Assembly: GCA_028023455.1 (NCBI GenBank)
Contig: JAQFVV010000004.1
Span: 6,820,001 to 6,884,000 of the forward strand
Length of the DNA stretch: 64,000 bases
DNA from: Epiperipatus broadwayi
Lineage: Eukaryota > Animalia > Onychophora
Direction of reading: 5' to 3'
Below are positions 37,894 through 51,427 of this stretch, one piece after another (within the stretch, counting starts at the first letter, position 1; every line of letters begins with the position of its first letter). The translations under genes and the position numbers were made by a program. Below the pieces are notes generated by a model. The model worked only from the letters and a program-made list of their open reading frames with translations, ran no database searches and was not told the DNA's origin.

Positions 37894-39993
37894 AATATTA
37901 AGTGATATATATATATATATAAATATTTTATTATTTTATTCATTTTTTAATTAAATTTTAATTTTTGATTTCTATTATTTATAAAGAGAAAAATATTTAT
38001 AGATGAAATGTTTAACCATATTAAGTCATACTTATTTGCAATATAAATTATTATTCTGAATTATCTTAATTCAAATTCTACTATTTTCTATATATTAATA
38101 AAATAGTAATACATACATTAATGAAAGGATGACATGTTAAAAAATCAGATCAAAAGATATTTATCCATAAAATATGTAAATACCTCCTAATATACATTAA
38201 CTTTTAATTGCTCATGACATATAAAATTTAAATATTTGCAATTCTATAATAAAAATTATTTTCAACAACAAATATATATATATAATGACTTCTAATATTA
38301 AATTACTATTTACATTAAATTAGTTTTTCAAAAAAACTAGGTCATCAGAGTATAATTAACAGCAACACATTCTTGTAAAGAAGTTGTTTTAACATATCCA
38401 TAAGTTACGAAACTACTCCATATAAAAATACATGCATTCAAAATACAGTCTATCTTTTATATAAAAAAAAGTTGAATTGTTAAAAACTCATGTCAGTTTT
38501 GTTGTTACTCATATTAAATTGTGTACAACATATAAAAGCAAACTTTGCAATTCCATGCTAAACATTTATCTTCAAAATATTAATAGTACACACAAATATC
38601 TGTAATACAATAGCTAATCAAACATAAATAAACATATTTCTTCACTCACAACTTTGATGCCAACCATTTTAGATAAATACAATAATGATTATTACTAATC
38701 ATTATCGAAACTAGAGATTATCTCTAGCACAGATATAAACTTTAAATCTCAGTTAAAGATTAATATATCTGATTTTTTATTTATTTTACACACACAGAGT
38801 TATTAACCTTTCTCTTTCCCGTGTGTAATATCTTATAGATATAATAAACACCTCCATACTTCCACTGTTATCAAAGCAAAGAAAAGTGCTAATAAATATC
38901 ATGATCTTGTATTTTATTCTGTAACTGAAATTTTATTGAAGTATCTCTAGAGTTAAAATATCACTGTTTCTAGTTTGAATATTCATTTACTATATCTATG
39001 TATTTATAACAGCTGATGTTATATCTCTAGAGCATCTAAATAAGATTCCTGTGAAAAGTAAAATGCATGTAACATTGAGATAGTTACCAGTATAAAGATA
39101 GAAATGAATAACTATCTATTTAGAAGCTTATTTATGATTTGATTAGTGACTTTATTATATTATGTGGAACATATTTTAGTTTTACTTTAACTGAAAAATG
39201 AGTAATTTAACTATGGAAACAAATTTCCTATAAGCATTTTGATTGATCATTTATGATATTGTAGCATTAAAACATTATTTTAATATTAACAGTTAAGAGG
39301 ATGATATATATTTCTGATATAACATGTATATCAGTAAAAATATGTTAATATTTTAAATTAAAACTTTGAAATTAAAATACAGTGAATAAAAATGTAATAA
39401 ATAATAAATACTATTAAGTCTATAAAAAATTTCTAGAAAAAGCAATAATGAAATTATTTAATCTTAACAATAAAAATGTCATATATTTTATGAATAATAG
39501 ATTTTAAAAAAATCCATCTAAAATAATTATTATTATAAATTAATGACAGTATATATGAATGAATTTAATTATTTTTCCAACAGGAGTATCTACTGGTTTT
39601 GATTTAATCAACTTTATAAAATAATATTATTACTTTTAATCAATCGAATTGTATATAACTTGAAATAATAGACAACTGGTTTGTATACAATTTAATTTAA
39701 TATCATAAAATCGATTTTCGTTCACAATGAACCTTCTTACAAGATGCCGTTTTTAAAATTAATCATGTGACAATAAATGTTCTTACAGCTGGTCATCACT
39801 AGAGATAAGCCCATGAAAAAAAAATACTATTATACAAACCAGGTGATTATTATTTCGAGTTGAGTTATGTATAATTCGATGGATTATAAGGCTTTATAAG
39901 TTTTTGACAACATTATGGTCATATAAATTACTGGAAAATGAGTATAAAAAATGATTAAAATTACTGAACAAAATATTAACTAAATCTATTTTT

Positions 39994-40098
39994 TTTTCTT
40001 ATGTCATGGTGTCGGCCAGGACACGAACCCACAATCGTCTGCAACCAACTACTTGCTTGCATGGCGGCTGCGATACCTCTCGGCTAACAACGCAAGAC
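39994..40098 (-). mobile_element. tRNA-derived SINE
   Basis: 16-bp TSD aactaaatctattttt (39978-39993, 40099-40114). Confidence 0.9.
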
Positions 40099-40711
40099 AA
40101 CTAAATCTATTTTTGTTATATATTTTAGTTAATATTGTAATACGCATCTTAAAAGTATAAAATGCTCTGTTTAGATAAAATGCCTATTAAAATATACAAG
40201 ATCCTGCTAAAAAATTGTGTTGGTGACAGACAACAATGACAAGCTATCACCGATACTGATGTATGTTCATTGGTTGATTATGGAAACTACTACCCACATT
40301 GTCTGCTTTTGAATAAAAGACTTACCATATAAATATAATCAAACACTAAACATATTTAAAAGTAGAAAAACAATAGCAAACTAATAGCACTAATGAATAA
40401 GTACATCTCACTGACTTTGCTATTATAGATAAACCTGTCATCAAGCAGAAAACAAAGTATTTAATATTCTTCCTTTATAAGAAGTTACATATTCCAACTA
40501 TCTTAATACCATTTTTTTTTATGTATATAGATGCAAAATGAAATACAAATACATTTGAGATTCTTTACTGATATTAAACCACAAAAATAAAATGACAACA
40601 ATTTAAGCACTAAAAAGAATTTTATACTATATGAACATTTCCAATAATATTATTTGAAGAAAAACCTTTTAAAAAAATTTAATGTATATTTTTGCAATTA
40701 GCATATTAGAT

Positions 40712-40835
40712 ATTATAAATTTATTTAAACACATTGATTACGTAAGTAATATTTACTAAGGTTGTAAACCTTAAGAATATGCGCGTGAAAATGTGAAGGT
40801 AGGGACCTCTACAGGTCTTAACCATAAGCTTATGC
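40712..40835 (-). mobile_element. Family C single arm with tail
   Basis: Reverse-complement match to the 55670-55788 arm and tail, including tagggacctctacaggtcttaacc. Confidence 0.85.
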
Positions 40836-41113
40836 TTTGAAAGAAAGTTTTTTTGTTGAGGAGAATTCAGCAATCAAGCTATTAATAAATAGTGTAATTA
40901 CTCCCCCCTCCCCTATAATACTGTTTTATTTAACTAAAGTTGAAAATTGACAATTCCCAAATTATTAGCTGCAGTAAAAAGATTTTATAGAGTGAAACTC
41001 AGTGTATATTATTTGTAACATCAAATTTCTAATAGTATTTAAAATAATGAATGCCCTATAATTAACAATTTTATAATTAGTAAAATTTATTCTGCTGCTA
41101 ATAAATGTAAATA

Positions 41114-42324
41114 CACCTGGGTCTCGTTTTACGCGATAGATAGGTTCCTCAGAAAACACACGCAAATGAAATAGCGCAAAAATAGACATAACTTACATTG
41201 AAAAAGGGGGGATGCAGTCTGGAATTTTTTAAAATTCACGTAAAAGCAAAGCACCAATGTAAAATTACTTTAAAATTCATGCAAAAAAAAAAAAAAAATA
41301 AGGAAATAAAATTTGACTAATAAAAAATTTCAAATATGAAAAAAATTGATATAAGACAAACTTTTATTAACTATAATATTTAATTTTATTCAAAATAATA
41401 TATTTTTATGCATAATTTACAGTACAGTAATTTACATTTTTTTTATACACGTTTTAATTATTATTGCTATTTTCCCAAAAACACGTTCGTTTGCAAACTA
41501 GTAAAAAATCAGATTCTCATGTGATGTGATGTGATGTATTTGGCTTCTCCTTAAATGAAGTCAAGAATATCTCAGCAATTATTCTCAAAAGAGGAAATAC
41601 AACTAGCGCCAAGTTCACTCTCATGTTGTGTTAATGGTTTTCTGTTGACGACGATGATGATTTTAATAATTGTTTATGAACTTAGACTTATGATAATAAA
41701 AAAACATTTATTCACCACTGCTGGGAAAAATTTAATTAAAACTAACAACTAAAAATTAAATTATTATTTTTGTCTTTAATTTTCAATTCCGTTTAAAAAT
41801 CAAATTTCGTTTTACATCACATTAATTTCAAGTTGCCCATAAGTAATTTTTAAATTATTAATTACAATTAAAAATCAGATTTTAATTTTTAATTGTGCCC
41901 ACTGCTATTACTGACCTTTTAAAAATAAACTTGTGGACACTAAATGATTAATAATTGATTAAGTTCTTTTTTAAAAAGCAAAAACAGAATGTGATTTAAA
42001 ATGCAAAATTAACATGCACAATGTTTGAACAAATTTACATTATAATCTTGTAAAATTTAATGTGTGTATACGTAAAATGTGGAAATCATGATTTTAATTT
42101 CATTACTGCATAAAATCTTACTATTATAAAGCACTGAAAACATTGAAATTACTAAGATGAAAGTAGAATTCCAATAATGTGCTATTACTTTCAATATAAC
42201 GTAAGTGCGCGAAATTTATTATTTAAAGTGATAGCGCATTATCGGAGGTCGACTTCCGGTGAAACATGAATCGCGTAACTTCAAAATCGTGTTAAATAAG
42301 TCTGCATAAAAAGAGACCCAGGTG
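41114..42324. mobile_element. Tc1/mariner superfamily (pogo/Tigger-like) non-autonomous element, 1211 bp
   Basis: TIRs cacctgggtctcgttttacgcga / tctgcataaaaagagacccaggtg flanked by TA on both sides. Confidence 0.88.
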
Positions 42325-43307
42325 TATATATTTTTTAATATTAAAATGATTGACAGGACAAAAATTAACAAATTAATTTGTTGCTAATTATCAAAAGTTA
42401 AATACAATCCATCTTTCACTTTTTCATATTGCTGTAAAATTAATTAGCTATTAATAACTGAAAATAAGATATTTTCTTTCTTTTTTTTTGCATACAGTTA
42501 AGCCAAATTATTATCCATTTGGAACAATATGATGTTATTTTTCTCTAAAAAATGAGAAATAACATCCTCTTCCTGTTTTGCATTACTAGTATAACATTAT
42601 ATGGTATAATAAACTGATAATCTATTTTTTCTCTCTTTATGATACTATTAAATAGAATTATATAATTCTGATTACTATGATAAATTTATAATATTTTACA
42701 AAATTTTTATGTATATGTCATATTTTTAAAATATGTATAAATTGATGGAAGACAGGCTTACATAAAGATAAAACTGCTTGTATTTTTATAATGATTGTTG
42801 CATTCATAATATTGTAAAAAAATTTGCATAATGAATACAAAAGTTATGCCATTATTTATTATGTTATTAACATAATAACAGATATACTTATTGCCACTTC
42901 CCGTTTTTCTATTATTCTCATGGACAATTTGTTCTAATATTTCACTGTGATTATTTTGTAAACTGTTAAAAGCAACTTCAATGTTCATTGCGAAGTAAAA
43001 GTAGTTTTAATATTTTTTCTATATACGATATATTATACATCCAAACCCACACATACACACAAAATTACATAATCTACATAAAAAAAATAATGTGTAGTAT
43101 TGAAAATTATTACAATAGTCACTAATAAATTGCAAAATTTATTTCTATTATTTGTAATAATTGAAATACAGGCTTATTATATACCTGTATCAATATATGT
43201 AATATATAGGGTATATGAGCACAGACTTTCATACGACCCAACACTCACCACTCTATCTCATATCATTGATACACTTGAACACACATATGTTGGAAAGATA
43301 AATAATC

Positions 43308-43351
43308 ACCAATATACATATTTCATGCTAACCCAGCAATCATCAGTTGGT
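43308..43351 (-). ncRNA. Type I hammerhead (family B)
   Basis: ACCAA-CTGATGA-ttgctgggttagcat-GAAA-TATGTA-TA/TTGGT. Confidence 0.82.
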
Positions 43352-43554
43352 CCAGATTATAATCTTTACACATATATACAAAAAGTGCTCATCTTCATAT
43401 TTTAATGGATAGGTTTCAATCCACTCCAACTCTTCAACCATCCATCCAATTGAAAATCTGATGAAGGAACGCTCAAAGGTCACCCTGAGGCTGAGATTCT
43501 ATCTTAATATATATCTGAGCACTTATTGCATAATGTGTAGATATGATCATTTGG

Positions 43555-43598
43555 ACCAACTGATGAATGCTGGTTTAGCATGAAATACATATATTGGT
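43555..43598 (+). ncRNA. Type I hammerhead (family B)
   Basis: ACCAA-CTGATGA-ATGCT ggttt AGCAT-GAAA-TACATA-TA/TTGGT; perfect 5-bp helix II. Confidence 0.85.
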
Positions 43599-44564
43599 GA
43601 TTATTTATCTTTTCGACATATATGTGTTCAAGTATATCATTGATATGAGATAGAGTGGTGGGTCGTGTGAAAGTCTGTACTATTATTTGTATAAGTTCTG
43701 ATAATTAAATAAAATTAAACTAAAAACTATATGAATTATTTTCATATAAAAAACTTTTATAACAATGCAATTTATTTTAATTTCTCAATTATTTTAAAAT
43801 CAAGTTAGTCTGGATTTGAGAAATACCATGGAAGAATTTTATGGTGGTATTATTGCAGTTAATTAGTTTATTCTATTGAATACTTAACATGGTTAAGTTT
43901 CTTATTTTTTTTGTTAATTTTTTTGATGAGTATTAGTGATATTACAAAGTTTTTTAAATATTCAAATATTTTGTTGAAATAATATAATTTTGCAGGCTTA
44001 ACAATCAAGTGTAACAATTTCTGCTTATATTATTTAAAAGATTAACTAAAACATAACTTGATTGTTAACTCCACGACTAGAAGTTTTTACTGGTGAGCAA
44101 AAGTCTCTAGTTTGATTTTTCTGAATATATTTATCTAATCAGTAAGACTGATACCTATATATAAATTCTTCATTTTTATTACTGGTGAATATATATATAA
44201 TCCCTAGTTTAATTCTTGCTCAATATATATAATCAAATAAAATAATATATAATAAACAAAACATTAAAAATAATTCTACAATTTTCAAGATACCATCACA
44301 TAAATAAAGAATAGTTTTTATTTATTTATTTTTATACTGACATTTTAAAATTTGTAGACTAAATTATGTTTTGCTTTTATATATGTGTCTATATTGTATA
44401 ATATTCAACAGAAATTAAACTAGAGATTTTTTTATATAAACATCACTCTAAACACTTAAATAAATGTAAATATTAATGAACATAAATATAATAGCAGCAG
44501 CTATTTTTTTAGGGTAGAGTGTCACAATATTGATGGATTTCAGAGTTGCTATTATTCATATAAA

Positions 44565-44663
44565 AAGCGTTGGTGGTCGAGTGATTAGCGCAGCTGCCTT
44601 ACAAGCAGTTGTCCCGGGTTAGCGGGCTCGCTTCCCGGCCAATATTATGACACATGAAAAAAA
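44565..44663 (+). mobile_element. tRNA-derived SINE
   Basis: Family match, A-rich tail. Confidence 0.88.
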
Positions 44664-45207
44664 TAAATCTAAACTATAATAAAGATGAGCAGCCCCACCA
44701 TTAATATACTAAGATTATTAACTATCAAATTAAAACCAAGTGTCAATAAAAAAAATGAAGTTAAATATAATATCTTAAACAGCCATGATATGATGATGCA
44801 AAAAGTGCTTGAAATAAAATAGCTTTCTGTTCTCAATAAGTCCAAAGACTGAAATACTAGCTGCCATACTAAACCATTTTTGTGCTATAACAGTGCAATA
44901 TAAAATAAACAATTATGGAAGAATGGAATAAGTTAGCAAATAGTAATTCTGACTAATGTGAATATATTCATGCACCTGATTATATTCTTTGATGCTTATA
45001 AATGTATTCCTTTTTAATTGCTTATTATCAAAAATTAAACAATGATGTTTAGAAACAAAGTCATCTTTATTCTCAATTTAAACTTTAATTTCTTCTATGT
45101 CAAACTTGTTTCAACTCTTAAAATAATGATTTTACCACTTAAGATTTTCATAAATATCTGCTAAATATGTATATTTTAATAAATTTTCTTCAAACTTCAT
45201 ATCAGTT

Positions 45208-45308
45208 AGTCAAGCATTGGTGGTCAAGAGGTCAGTACAGCCGCCTTACAAGCAGTTATCCTGTGTTAGCGGGTTTGCTTCCCGGCCGATGACACATAAA
45301 AAAACAAC
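45208..45308 (+). mobile_element. tRNA-derived SINE
   Basis: 15-bp TSD aacttcatatcagtt (45193-45207, 45309-45323). Confidence 0.9.
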
Positions 45309-46359
45309 AACTTCATATCAGTTTTTGAAACATTTCTTTCATACTTTTTATAATATTGTTCTGTCTGACATCCCTTGAATTCTAGGTAGATGAATTCATA
45401 CATCTATTATGATGAAGATTTTCTAATTATATCTTAAGCAAGATACTTAGCAGGACAGGCTCATGCCCAGGTTATCATACTTGTGATAGATAATCATTGT
45501 AGAGCTTTCTTGGATTTTTTAACAATACGGCATTTTTTCATCTTTCAAAAACTACATGTAGCGAGTTCTTAGATTAAAGAATATGTTAAAAAGTAGTTTT
45601 CCAATGCTTCTTCTCATCAATTGTAATGTTAGAACCAAACAATGATAACTACTAATCTTATGGTCACACTAAATTTTTGTATTATTCTCTACCACAGAAC
45701 TCTCCTTTACTTCTGGAATACTTGATACCAGTAGTGAATTCAATTCAATTTACTTAACTAAAAAACAAACAAACAAAAAAACACATTCATATCCATTTTA
45801 TGGTGAGTTATCTATTGATTACGTAACATATTTTACAAAAACTCAAAAGTCAACTTATTCATCTGGCCAGACTATTATTCAATGCTTTTAATCTTTTGAT
45901 CCTGTTTACTAAATGATTTAATTATCTTATTTATTTATCTTCCAAAAGATTTTTCTTTCAGATTTCATAATAATATTTATACAATATAAACTTTTCAGAA
46001 TTATTTATGTAGAATGTCTTTAAAAATATTTTTCTTTTCTTTCAAATAATTTGAAGCAGGCCTTATTAATTTTTAATTTATATTCTAACTCTTTAATTCA
46101 TATTTAAACATTAATTAAGTGAATATATTGTTAAATAAATCATACTTTATATTCTACAATAAGCCTACTTTTACTTGCAAATCTGAATATCCACTTACCA
46201 TCCATAATCAAATTGCTAAATATCTGGTTCAGTAACTTTGGTGAGCACATAAACTTATACATAGCCCAAAATAATTTTGATAGTAATTAGCACTTCATTC
46301 TCTTGGTTCAGGTTATGGATTCAAAATACACTAAAATATTTGAGCTCCTCAAACTTACC

Positions 46360-46640
46360 TCCAAAAATAGATACATATATAGGATACATAATTAATGATT
46401 TTTTTTCCAATATTTATTTTTTATTATTTAATCCTCTTTAGACCATGCTATAATAATGTCAACACTCATTTTTTTAACCATGCCAATATGCACCTGCCTG
46501 TAAGACATTATTGCTGTTTTGACCAATGGTTATATGTTTCTGTTCTCTCAATAGCCATAATATATATTGCCTTTTCTGTTTTACCTGTTGTGGACAATAT
46601 AATGCTAATATATAATAGATATCACCATTAATTTGTATAA
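46360..46640 (-). mobile_element. Old LINE APE endonuclease relic
   Basis: IQINGDIYYILALYCPQQ...HITIGQNSN resembles the APE (S/A)xYxP and IIxGDFN regions. Confidence 0.4.
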
Positions 46641-47134
46641 TGTCTGTATAGCATTTATTCTTATTATTTATACAGATAATAAAAGTATTTAAAATGATAG
46701 TTTTTTTTCGTTCATATTTTGTTAGTATATTATTATAAATATTTATTTCTAACTAAAGGCAGAGTTAACAAATTTAAGATTTAATTTCACATAGTTTCAA
46801 ACATCAGTCAACTCAGGTCAGAAAATTATCCACTCAGATATTAAATTAATTATGACTTCTAGGCACTTTGTGAAAAATTATAATTATAAATTGTAATATT
46901 CCTTTAGCTATTAAAAAAAAAAGAACTTAAATCATTAAATACTGATAACATAAATATAATATGATTTAAACTCAAAAACAAATTATTTTAATTTTAAAAT
47001 AGATTTATTTTCACAGGCATTTGTTTATTTAAAAAATATTTCATAACTAATGTAGATTAAGACCATTAATAAAAAAACATTTAACCGCTAAAAAAAAATC
47101 TTTAGAAGTGTGAAATATGTTTCATGATAGTATT

Positions 47135-47222
47135 TAATATTTACTAAGGCAATAAACCTAAAGCATGTGCGGTTGAAAATACGAAAGTGGGGACCTCTAC
47201 AAGTCTTAACCATAAGCTTAAG
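47135..47222 (-). mobile_element. Family C partial arm
   Basis: aataaacctaaagcatgtgcggttgaaaatacgaaagtggggacctctacaagtcttaaccataagct. Confidence 0.8.
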
Positions 47223-47737
47223 CATCACAGATCTGTTGTGAAATTTATGTCATGAATTAACACTATCATTTTGTACTTCAAATTTAAGCATAAAATGATT
47301 CAAGATACTTATAAATCAATTCTTATTTATTGAAATAAACAACAGGAAAAAAGCAATTAACATATTGAAGACAATATTAATTAATGGCAAAACATTAAGA
47401 ATAGGAAAATAATTAATAACAACAGAAATGTTAAGGAAGTTTTTGTCAATTAAAATATTAATAACCGTTTTATTGCTAAGACTTCATTAGCATTTATTCT
47501 AGACAGATATAATTGTCTGAAGATATTATTTTTTATATTTAAAGTTTTAAAAGAAAAAACATATACATCCTCATCCACAGTGACACATTATTTTATTGTT
47601 GAATCTTCTTCAGGGTGTCAAGACTTCTTTATATCTTGTTACCATTATTCTACCAGCTTAATCTAGGATAGGCTTTTCAGATGATATCTTTTTGAAAGCC
47701 ACTCTTCCTCCATCTTTCTAACATATCTAAACTACTT

Positions 47738-47831
47738 TTTTTTTTTTCATGAGTCATAGCATCGGCCGGGATGTGAACCCGCTAACCCAGGACAACTGCT
47801 TGTAAGCAGCTATGCTGACCTCTCGACCACC
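47738..47831 (-). mobile_element. tRNA-derived SINE, slightly 5'-truncated
   Basis: 8-bp TSD aactactt (47730-47737, 47832-47839). Confidence 0.88.
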
Positions 47832-48237
47832 AACTACTTCTTCTGTACATTTATAGTTATATCACAAGTAATCAAGTAATCATAATTTACCAGTAAATTA
47901 TCCAATAACTTTTAGACAATCACCCATAAAAATTTTGAAGATGGTGGGTTAAAATATATATACGGATTGACTTACTTTGAAGTTTAATAACTTTGAGTTG
48001 TTAGAAAATTTGAATTGAATATAAATTTCATTAAATTTTTTAGCAACTCAAAATTGTTCAATTTCAAATTTGATTAGATTGTTTTCTCTCTCATTCCCTT
48101 ATCACTATGTTCCATTATTATTGTATTAAAACATACTTTTAGCAATAAAATGAAATATTTTTTTTATACAAAAGAATATTTAATTAATTACATTTTTTTT
48201 TTTTTAAAAAATCTTTTTGATAAATTATATAACATAC

Positions 48238-48517
48238 TGACCTCATTACAAAAATTAAAAGACTGAAGTGGAGTTGGGCTGGATATATTGCTAGAAGAGA
48301 TGATAATAGATGGACAACTGAAATCTTAAACTGGATTCCAAAAGATTGTGAAAGACCCAGAAAGAGACCACATGTGAGATGGATGAATGAAATAAAAAAG
48401 TGTGCATGGGTGATGTGGAGAAAAAAAGCTAAGGATCGGAGAAGATGGAGTGAACTTGGAGAGACCTTCATCCCGCAGTGGATTAATAATGGTTGATGAT
48501 GATGACGATAATGATAG
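48238..48517 (+). mobile_element. RTE LINE 3' end fragment
   Basis: KWSWAGYIARRDDNRWTTEILNWIPKDC..RPHVRWMNEIKK..; (GAT)n tail. Confidence 0.92.
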
Positions 48518-48675
48518 TATGAAAATTATTCATATGCATAAAACCAATTATTGAATTTCCAAATTTTGTACAATAAATGAACATTTACTCAATAAAACTC
48601 TATAAAATCTTAAATAAATATTACTAAATGAAGTATAAATAAGAATTAATAAAACAATTATGTATTTAGTATGTT

Positions 48676-48935
48676 AAACAGAGCAAAACTCTCCATACAG
48701 TATTGCCACCTGTGCTAAACAGAGTAATCAATGGATGCCAGAAGGCTTGTGCATAAAATCCCTATCTATGCCTACTCATCCAATAGGCATAGATAGGATT
48801 TTATGCACAAGCCTTCTGGCATCCATTGATTACTCTGTTTAGCACAGGTGGCAATACTGTATGGAGAGTTTTGCTCTGTTTATCAACTATTAATGTGCTA
48901 GTATAGGAAATGTGATCATGTGATGCTTAATGGTT
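48676..48935 (+). mobile_element. Family A hairpin, near-perfect ~98-bp arms (young)
   Basis: 13-bp TSD tatttagtatgtt (48663-48675, 48936-48948); tail 48882-48935. Confidence 0.93.
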
Positions 48936-50938
48936 TATTTAGTATGTTGCCAATTAGAAATATCAAGGAAGGAATACTCAAGAATAAGCGGTTTATTTGA
49001 TTAAGAGGGAAAAAATTGAAAAATGATTAAATATACAGACATCTTATTAATCTCTGTATAAACTATGAAAGTTAAATTAAATAATTTGGCATGATAAAAT
49101 AAAAAATAAATTTGAAAATGAATATGAATCTTAATCTTTATGAACATAAATGATTTTATTTGAAAATTATAGTCATTTTATAATAATTTGCTAAAATAAA
49201 AATTTACAGATTTGCTTTAAAAAAAAAAATAAAAAAACTTAAATTTTTTTTTACGTTGACTAGATTTGAAATTTAGTTAATTGAATAGAAAGCTTAAGAA
49301 ATGAAGTCGACCAAAAATATGCTCTGAGCTAATTAATGCAATTGTAAATCAAAAATCAACATGGGATTATTGAACAATGGTTTTGATGATGTTTTCTTAC
49401 AGATGTGTCACAAATTGAGAGAATATATAAGGTATGATTTCAAATATTGGAGTTAATTGTTGTTCCAGGCTGTGATTGCAAATAAAGTTGGTAGAAAGCA
49501 AAGTTCCAACCCATAGCTTAGTAAATAATCGTCTTTAAATAAAATAGCCTGATAATCCACATTGAAACTGAAGTTGTCCCAATTGTGACCAATCTCCTTT
49601 CCAACATAAAATCTAGATTTTGAACTATTTCTCTTATGATATGGTAAACCAAATATAAAATATCTCAGTATTAAATGGTGAAAGTTTAATAGAATTTTAT
49701 CTGATTGAAAACATAAGTAATTTTAAAGCAAGAATAAAAAGAAAATTATTATCCTAAGGAAAGTGCACATCAAAAAGCAAGAACTGGCAGGAATTGTATA
49801 TATAAAAACATTGTAGAGGAAATATTGTAATACTTTTCTCTCTTTATGCTTGTAATAATACTTATTTGTATCTAATGGAATTAAGAACTCACATTTCAAT
49901 TTCAGGAGATAAATGATAAGACAAGATGACTGCACTTATCCACAATTATTTGTAAAATTAGATATATTATATAGTGTTCTCATGCCAAAATATATGATTT
50001 TTTTTTACATAAATATTTTCAAAATGACATTCATCAAATTAGAAATATTTTACTTTCGAAATAAATAATAAAAAATGAATATTAACTTATATCAACAGAT
50101 TTATCAAGTATTTAGTCTGGAAAATGCTCATTTTGTATAGTGTTCAAATGCTATTTCATTAAATTATTTGCTAAATGTTAAAGCTTTCACATTTCTTTAT
50201 TCTTATTTCTAAGCATTATTGAAATACAATGATTGTAACAATAAGATATCAATTTCTGTAATCTATAAAGCTAGCATTGTGGGAGATAATGATAAGAAAG
50301 GTTGGAATAAATTAATTATGAGATAGGTATGATTCTACAAGTAAGGCTTTAAGTAATGCTCAGAAATTATTATCAGTAATAGATTTAGGACACCAATACT
50401 GCATTACTCTAAAGCTCACTGATAGATAGTTTAATAATTTAGTTTTCCAGATATGTATAATTAGAGAGAGAGAGAGCTTTATTTTTTTAAGATATATGAA
50501 GATAGGGTCAAGATTACCTAGCAAATATGAATACATTAAATGTAATAATAATCATCATTATTCCAAACTACATAATTTAACTGCCTCAGCATGGTAAGTT
50601 GTTGTATTAATTTTAAAAAAAGTCAATCATATACATATCAAATTTGAACTCTATTGCATTTTGGAATAAAATTATTTACCCACTAATATCTATCCATTCT
50701 CCACATTCTGTTACAATATATAAATAACTTTCTATATGGACATATATTTTTTTACATGCAATAACAATAACTAATAAATTTGATTCATGAATTGACTTAT
50801 TCATTTATATAAAAAAAATATATTTTGTCTATATGCTTTTATGCATTCTTATAGACTTTATAAATACAAGTCATGAAATGAAACAGATGTTGATATTCAG
50901 TCAGAATAACTGGCAATTAAATTTGGATTGTACTAGAC

Positions 50939-51427
50939 CAGGGGTGGGCAATTGTTTTGGATCAGGGGCCACAGAGGTTGGCAGAGGGCCACATCATGGG
51001 CCACTTTGTGGAAGTGAAGGTTAGCAGAGAGCCGCACCTTTTTATGACATAATAAACACACTGCTTTATTTCCTGCATTACCAAAGAATTTGTCCATTCT
51101 TCATTAAACACACGACATTCATCACTGATTTATATTTTTTTTTTGGAGGATTCATGGTTTTACTAAAGTTCTGGAAATGTATATATTTGCTAATGAAAAA
51201 ACAAAATTGAAATTAACCAGATCAACTGGAAAAGCACTGCACATCGTATCTACACCGTGAATGTATATTGATATGGCTATCCTAGTAGAAAATATGAGAT
51301 GAATATTCAGTTGTACATGGGAAGGAAATCTCAGTTCAAGGCAGATTTTTCTGATTGTCTTGGTGGGCCGCATAAAAACTCTTAGCAGGCTGCATGTGGC
51401 CCTCGGGCCACTATTTGCCTACCCCTG
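50939..51427. mobile_element. hAT (Charlie-like) MITE, 489 bp
   Basis: TIRs caggggtgggcaa / ttgcctacccctg; perfect 8-bp TSD tactagac. Confidence 0.92.

Larger units (their letters stand above)
43157..43679. mobile_element. Family B element with a hammerhead in each arm
   Basis: 12-bp TSD ctattatttgta (43145-43156, 43680-43691); antisense arm 43157-43500, sense arm 43501-43679. Confidence 0.92.

Noticed and set aside
38330-38350. Minus-strand CTGATGA...GAAA
   Set aside because: The intervening CCTAGTTTTTTT cannot form helix II; chance match in AT-rich DNA.
46359-46500. Host exon suggested by a perfect GAG/GTAAGT donor
   Set aside because: All frames contain stops, and the upstream sequence resembles a LINE endonuclease relic.
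47575-47730. Minus-strand CCTGAAGAAG as a hammerhead
   Set aside because: No GAAA or helix I; the context looks like a decayed LINE 3' coding end.
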